Source: a bacterium (GTDB lineage: Bacteria; Patescibacteriota; Saccharimonadia; CAILAD01; JADZBC01). Taken from it: a stretch of 64,000 bases of DNA. The stretch spans positions 294 through 64,293 of the forward strand of contig JADZBC010000016.1 in assembly GCA_020852295.1 (NCBI GenBank). The letters run 5' to 3'. The position numbers and the translations under genes were made by a program. Below are positions 59,011 to 64,000 of this stretch, in pieces (position 1 is the stretch's first letter; each line of letters begins with the position of its first letter). Under the pieces are notes generated by a model. That model had not been told where the DNA came from, made no database searches, and saw only the letters and a program-made list of their open reading frames with translations.

Positions 59011-62000
59011 CTAAAAACGAGGATTTAATTCACCGTACAAGTACTGTACTTCCGTTGCACTCGGTGTGTAGCGATCCTCAAAACCTGGGGCTGGGTAAAT
59101 TAGCCCCTGGGCAGCACCCGCGAAAAGCTCTGCCGGCTGATTGCTACTGCGATTTGGCCCACTGGTTGCATAGAAGTTTCTCCCGAGTTCAAAACCACGA
59201 GTCGCACCAACTGATCCAACCACACTGAGCGATTGATTACAGCTCTGAGATGGATATCCTTCGCAGGTCTTAATCTTGCCGCTGGCGTAGAGCATTGCGT
59301 CGATACGGCCAACATTGCTGCGGATAATGATGTCACCCTCAACGATGATGCCGAGATTTGGCAGTAAGTTTTCATTATAGTTACCCCCCTGTGCGGCAAA
59401 GTCATTGCGGATATCACCGGTAATCGTAAGATTACCCTTGATCCAAAGTGTCGCCCTACCCTGCGTGATCGTCAGTCCACCAATCGTGCGGTCGCCATCA
59501 GCTGGACGCCAGATTTTCGCACAGTTTGCGTTAGAGTTGATGACGCCGCTCGTGATCATAGAGTTTTCGACTTGGTAAGGATTCTCAATACCGTCAGATG
59601 GCGTTGCCGGACAGCTCGTGATACCCGCCGGACGGTTGCCATACTTGTTGATATTGCGATAGATATCGTCTTCTGGGGAGACATTCGGCGCGTAGAGCTT
59701 ATTCTTGCAGGAATCAAGATCGCTACTAGCCTCAAGTCCGAATGCCATGCGATTGAGACTGCAGAAGTTGGTAGAGATGCGAGACATGATAACGTACTCC
59801 GCTTCTTTTGTACTGACATCGGCCGTGTTGCGGCCACCGTTGATACCGGTCGTCTGACCGATTATCTGGTCCTTCACCATCACGTCACCACGCTTAGTCT
59901 GTACCCATGGGTTGAAGCGACGTCGATAGCGCACCACCACATCATCACTTGAGTCGCCGCCATCACCACTACATATAATCCGGTATCTGACTTCTCGATC
60001 ATCAACCGAGGCGTCACTCGAGCGATTCTCGTTGCCGCCGCCTACGGCCTTCGGTCCGGACCATGGTGAGCCGATCGCTGGGCCACTCAATACTGCAGTG
60101 GAAGCCGTGCAGCTCTTAGCTGGCCCGCCACCCACGGTCCAGCGTACCCCTACCGACGTATCGGACTCAATTTCAACTGGGCTCGGTGGATTATCGAGAC
60201 CATTAACCGTCAAATCTACATTTGGTGGCGGTAATTTACGGAAATATACCGTCACATACGTGCGCTTACCTGCTGCAAGATACGGGGTGACCTGAAGCTC
60301 AGTCCAGCCATAGGGGCTATCTGGATACTGCACCACTACCCTATCGACCACCCAACCAGTGTTGGGGGCCACCAATGTCGAGACACCGAAGTAACCTGTG
60401 TTAGTTGACGACAGGGGTCCTTTTAGTACCGGTTCGCTGTTGGATTTGCAGAAGTTACCCGGTATCTGCAGACAGGCTCCTGCTGCAACTGGCGGATTAT
60501 TGAAGCTCGGACTCACATTACCATTTTGGTCTATCGTCTTAAATCCGATATAGGCTTCTGATTTCCCTGCTTGGCAGTTGAGCCGTACGGTGTGAAAGGC
60601 TGGTGAATATCTTCCATTAGATTGACCGGCTACCGAAACAAGCTTAAATGTCAGCCCCGAGAAATCGGCACCACCGGGATTACCCTGACTATATTGGACC
60701 GAGGCGATACTACAGCCTGCTGGCACATTTGAGATAGTCGCCTGCCACAATACATAGCAGCTATATTCTCGCGAAGTCAGAAAACCGCCAGACGCATTCG
60801 TGGTGGTACTTCCGGATGTTAAGCCACCACAGAAGTCGCCAGCGGGTTCACCGCCACGCTGAGTGATAGTAAGGGTCGCATTTGCAACGGGCGCACCACC
60901 GCTATCAAGTATTTGCCCGCCATATCCCGTCCAGTGGTTTGGCCCTGGGGTACCTGGACACGCTTCGGCCGGCTGCGGCAATATGAAAGCCAACACTCTC
61001 GAAAAGACCGATTGCCCTGAATCAGCTGAGCGACATTGGTACTGTGAGCCTGTGCTAGCGATAAGGATCTGTGGCGATAAGCCAGTCCCAAAAATCCGTG
61101 CCCTCGCCAGTGCATCTTTTGTGTAGCTTTCCCAGTCTGCAAATTGACCACCAGTTTTATTTTCGAGCCGGTAGATATAATAGTAGCCGCCCTCTGACCG
61201 TGTTACCGAGGTGTAATCACCGATGTTCTTGAGTGCGAGTATCGCTTCTTTGTCTTTTGGGTCAGCAAACTGCTTCAGTCCAACTGATGCGCTTAATCCT
61301 GTCAGTACTTCGCTATACGCTGTGTCTGGATTGATTTTATAGTCCTCATTCTCTTCGTAATTTTTGATCGTGACACTATTTTGCAGTATCTCCTCAGTAC
61401 TGGCTTTACGCTCAAACAGCGGAAGATACCGTTTTTCGAGTGTCTCTTTCGCTTTACGATCTACCTCTTCGTCGCTCACCTGCGGCCGATTGGGGTTGTA
61501 ATCCCAGCGCGTGGTGACACTAAGCACATCTACGGTACTCAATAGCTTATTGGCTAGTTTCTTCTGAAGGACAGAGATCCTAATGGGGCGCAGTGCATTG
61601 TCGGCAGACAGTTCATTTGCTTGAGCCTGGACCACTTGGTACTGACGAATTGCTTCTGCATCATCAGCAGATGTAATTTTTGGATCGGTGGATCTGACTT
61701 CACTTGCAATCTCACCTGTAAGCAACGGAACATTATTGGCCCTCGCATCATTCTCGAGACTCTTCTCTAGAATGAGTTGCTCACGGGTATATTTCTCAAC
61801 ATCGTCATTAATAACTGTGTTTTGGCTTCGCTTACCATAGCTCCGATACGAATCCAACGCAGCGCCGTATTGCTGCTTCGTGATCACCTGGGTGCCAACG
61901 CGAGCGTACACATCTTTATTGCGGATAAACATGACCGCAACGTAGCAAACTAGCACAGCAATAATACCGATGCCAAGCCACTTCTTTGACTGCTTGCGCA

Positions 62001-62076
62001 GCTGAGCGGTCTTCTTGACCTTCTGCTGGTCGATTAATTCTTCAGCTTTCGGTGTATTGGAAACTGGTTCCACCAA
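59011..62076 (-). CDS. PrsA/SurA-like foldase fused to a Cys-rich pilus-associated passenger
   Basis: TM; ARVG...IT and LI.E......A...V (SurA N); AILALK.IGDYT.V.RSEGGYYYI (rotamase end); C-terminal P.VQT..GDV...PAE.F...GELNPRF. Confidence 0.7.
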   Translation of the reverse strand: MVEPVSNTPKAEELIDQQKVKKTAQLRKQSKKWLGIGIIAVLVCYVAVMFIRNKDVYARVGTQVITKQQYGAALDSYRSYGKRSQNTVINDDVEKYTREQLILEKSLENDARANNVPLLTGEIASEVRSTDPKITSADDAEAIRQYQVVQAQANELSADNALRPIRISVLQKKLANKLLSTVDVLSVTTRWDYNPNRPQVSDEEVDRKAKETLEKRYLPLFERKASTEEILQNSVTIKNYEENEDYKINPDTAYSEVLTGLSASVGLKQFADPKDKEAILALKNIGDYTSVTRSEGGYYYIYRLENKTGGQFADWESYTKDALARARIFGTGLSPQILIASTGSQYQCRSADSGQSVFSRVLAFILPQPAEACPGTPGPNHWTGYGGQILDSGGAPVANATLTITQRGGEPAGDFCGGLTSGSTTTNASGGFLTSREYSCYVLWQATISNVPAGCSIASVQYSQGNPGGADFSGLTFKLVSVAGQSNGRYSPAFHTVRLNCQAGKSEAYIGFKTIDQNGNVSPSFNNPPVAAGACLQIPGNFCKSNSEPVLKGPLSSTNTGYFGVSTLVAPNTGWVVDRVVVQYPDSPYGWTELQVTPYLAAGKRTYVTVYFRKLPPPNVDLTVNGLDNPPSPVEIESDTSVGVRWTVGGGPAKSCTASTAVLSGPAIGSPWSGPKAVGGGNENRSSDASVDDREVRYRIICSGDGGDSSDDVVVRYRRRFNPWVQTKRGDVMVKDQIIGQTTGINGGRNTADVSTKEAEYVIMSRISTNFCSLNRMAFGLEASSDLDSCKNKLYAPNVSPEDDIYRNINKYGNRPAGITSCPATPSDGIENPYQVENSMITSGVINSNANCAKIWRPADGDRTIGGLTITQGRATLWIKGNLTITGDIRNDFAAQGGNYNENLLPNLGIIVEGDIIIRSNVGRIDAMLYASGKIKTCEGYPSQSCNQSLSVVGSVGATRGFELGRNFYATSGPNRSSNQPAELFAGAAQGLIYPAPGFEDRYTPSATEVQYLYGELNPRF

Positions 62077-62134
62077 ATAAACTCACAATTCTTATGCTTA
62101 CTATGCTAGCGCAAACTCGGTTTGCTCACAAGCG

Positions 62135-64000
62135 CTAGAACCGCGGATTTGCCTCACCGCTTGAGTACTTCACTGCAGTGGCGTCGTCGCTCAAGATATC
62201 TTCGAATCCTGGCGGCGGGAAGACGATCGATTGGGCGGTACCAATGAGGCTTTCGGCAGGTACTGTGCCGGTGCGGTCTGCCCTATTGGCAGCACCTAGA
62301 TCAACGGCATTTCGACCGAAGTAAAAGCCACCTTCTGCACCCATAATTCCGAGAACAGTAAGCGCTCGATTACAGGATGGACTTGATGGAGTAGCATAGG
62401 CTGAGCATGTTCTGATTTTCCCGTTTGTGGAGTCGGTGTCATTGTCTCGGTAGGCGTAGAGGGCAGCCTGAACATTTGTAACGCTCGGTTCAATAACGAT
62501 ATTTTTGGCAATAAAAGCAACATTTGGATACTGGTTGGTTGTATAGCTCGCCTCTCCCGTCGGATTCGTCAGCACATTTCCGCGTATTGTAAGGGTGCCC
62601 TTCACCCATACTGTAGCACGACCTCGTTTAATGCTGTATCCATCAAGCGTGTAGTTACCGTTGATGACCCATATTTTTGCACACACCTTGTCTAGCGCAC
62701 CACCGTCAACCAATTTTCCGCTGTTTGGTAAATCTGATACAAAGGATACATCGTATGGACGCTTAGAACTTTCAGGATCATTAGGAGGCGCACAGGAGAT
62801 ATTGCTGCTGCCAGGAGCATATTTCTCTAAACTCGCCTTAACTAAGTTGCTTGGGTTGTTCTCCGGCACATAGGCTCCTGCTTCACATGGGTAAGCCTGT
62901 GTTTTAGGAGGCACCATGCCGAAAAGTGCAGGATAACGACTACAGAAATATTTTGACAATGTAGACATGACGACATAGTCAGCCGATCCTTCAGAGCTGC
63001 TATATGAACCTGCTTTTTTATCTGAAGCAGATGATGCTCCTGAAACCTTGATCTCGTTCATGATCGAGACGTCGCCGTTTTGGGTCTTAATGTATGGATA
63101 GAATTTTCGACGATAACGAACCGCGACCGTCGATGTATCGGAATCTCCGCCTGGCCCAGTACATTTAATTGAATACTTAATTGTGCGGTCATTGGTGTCG
63201 CTATCAATCGCGCGATCTTCTGTTCGCTCGGCTTGAGTACCATCACCCCTACGTGCACCCGTCCAACTGACACCAGAGTCATTACTTGCCGTACATCCCG
63301 TTACAATTCCGCCCGGCTCCCAGGTGAGATCGGCTTGGTGCTGCCCTGGCGTGCGATCTGCTTCAATCAATACCGGATTTTCGGTTGCATTTGTTTTGCC
63401 ATTCATCTTCAAGACTACCGTTGGCTTAGGTGCCTGTTTGTAAAATGTACTAAGCACAGCATCCACTGCACCACCAGCGCAATTGTCGGCCACGGTTATG
63501 GTTGCGACCGTGACAAAACCACCACCAGGAGCATACCCCCATGGACCGGCTAAGCCACCACCACACGGATAATAGATTTCAAAATGGTCAAATACCCAGC
63601 CAGATGCAGGCTTAGGCGCTCCGCCGCCATTACTCACAACCATGGCGCCATAATCCTGAGCAACGAGCTCATAAGTTGTGGTGGCAGTGGGGGTGTCATT
63701 TGTATTACATGCCCACAGCGGTGCGGTTACAAACACATTGGACATGCACGTCATGACCCCTCTATTTTCCGTCTGCGGTATATTGGCCTTGACTCTCGTA
63801 CCATCGTTCTTAATTTGCCAATGCTCAATTGATATTTGCCCATTACGCTGCACACAGTCCATGACCAGCCAAGTATTTGGATCATCGGTGCCATTTGCGC
63901 CACTCTGCAGTGTCATTGGCGCCTCGTAGGTACAGCCAGCGTACGAAACGATAACTTTCCAGTACATATAGCAACTAAAGTCGCGACCAGATCGCCACCA
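62135..64000 (-). CDS. Paralogous Cys-rich pilus-associated protein, 5'-truncated by window edge
   Basis: Frame open to base 64000 (WWRSGRDFSCYMYW, cf. REYSCYVLW in the neighbour); same C-domain ending GEANPRF. Confidence 0.75.
   Translation of the reverse strand, partial: WWRSGRDFSCYMYWKVIVSYAGCTYEAPMTLQSGANGTDDPNTWLVMDCVQRNGQISIEHWQIKNDGTRVKANIPQTENRGVMTCMSNVFVTAPLWACNTNDTPTATTTYELVAQDYGAMVVSNGGGAPKPASGWVFDHFEIYYPCGGGLAGPWGYAPGGGFVTVATITVADNCAGGAVDAVLSTFYKQAPKPTVVLKMNGKTNATENPVLIEADRTPGQHQADLTWEPGGIVTGCTASNDSGVSWTGARRGDGTQAERTEDRAIDSDTNDRTIKYSIKCTGPGGDSDTSTVAVRYRRKFYPYIKTQNGDVSIMNEIKVSGASSASDKKAGSYSSSEGSADYVVMSTLSKYFCSRYPALFGMVPPKTQAYPCEAGAYVPENNPSNLVKASLEKYAPGSSNISCAPPNDPESSKRPYDVSFVSDLPNSGKLVDGGALDKVCAKIWVINGNYTLDGYSIKRGRATVWVKGTLTIRGNVLTNPTGEASYTTNQYPNVAFIAKNIVIEPSVTNVQAALYAYRDNDTDSTNGKIRTCSAYATPSSPSCNRALTVLGIMGAEGGFYFGRNAVDLGAANRADRTGTVPAESLIGTAQSIVFPPPGFEDILSDDATAVKYSSGEANPRF

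Overview
Gene-dense bacterial chromosomal window, most likely a Patescibacteria (CPR; Saccharibacteria-like) genome. This is inferred from the compact gene set, a complete type IV pilus locus with no secretin (pilQ), MurT/GatD, the HTH+Cas2-like PaaX protein and several hypotheticals typical of CPR. Housekeeping content: purF, rpmB, gatD/murT, miaA, thrS, pyrE, dinB, nrdR, rplY, prsA, ndk, mnmG, a Xer recombinase, 6 tRNAs and a probable 6S RNA. Surface-related content: (i) a giant extracellular-domain histidine kinase whose His-bearing DHp is separated from the ATPase domain by a membrane hairpin; (ii) two tandem ~1450-aa DUF2341/FN3 proteins followed by a MacB-type ABC transporter; (iii) a type IV pilus operon headed by two paralogous Cys-rich proteins ending in GExNPRF, one fused to a PrsA/SurA-like foldase through an internal signal-peptide-like AEA site. 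Non-coding highlights: an ultrashort-stem-I Thr T-box before thrS, an NrdR box over the nrdR start codon, a recurrent AGCATAAG motif before pilus/secretion genes, apparent widespread leaderless starts, and three GC-rich orphan genes that each have their own promoter, RBS and structured 3' tail. No CRISPR array, transposase or prophage was seen. All calls are by eye, without database searches.
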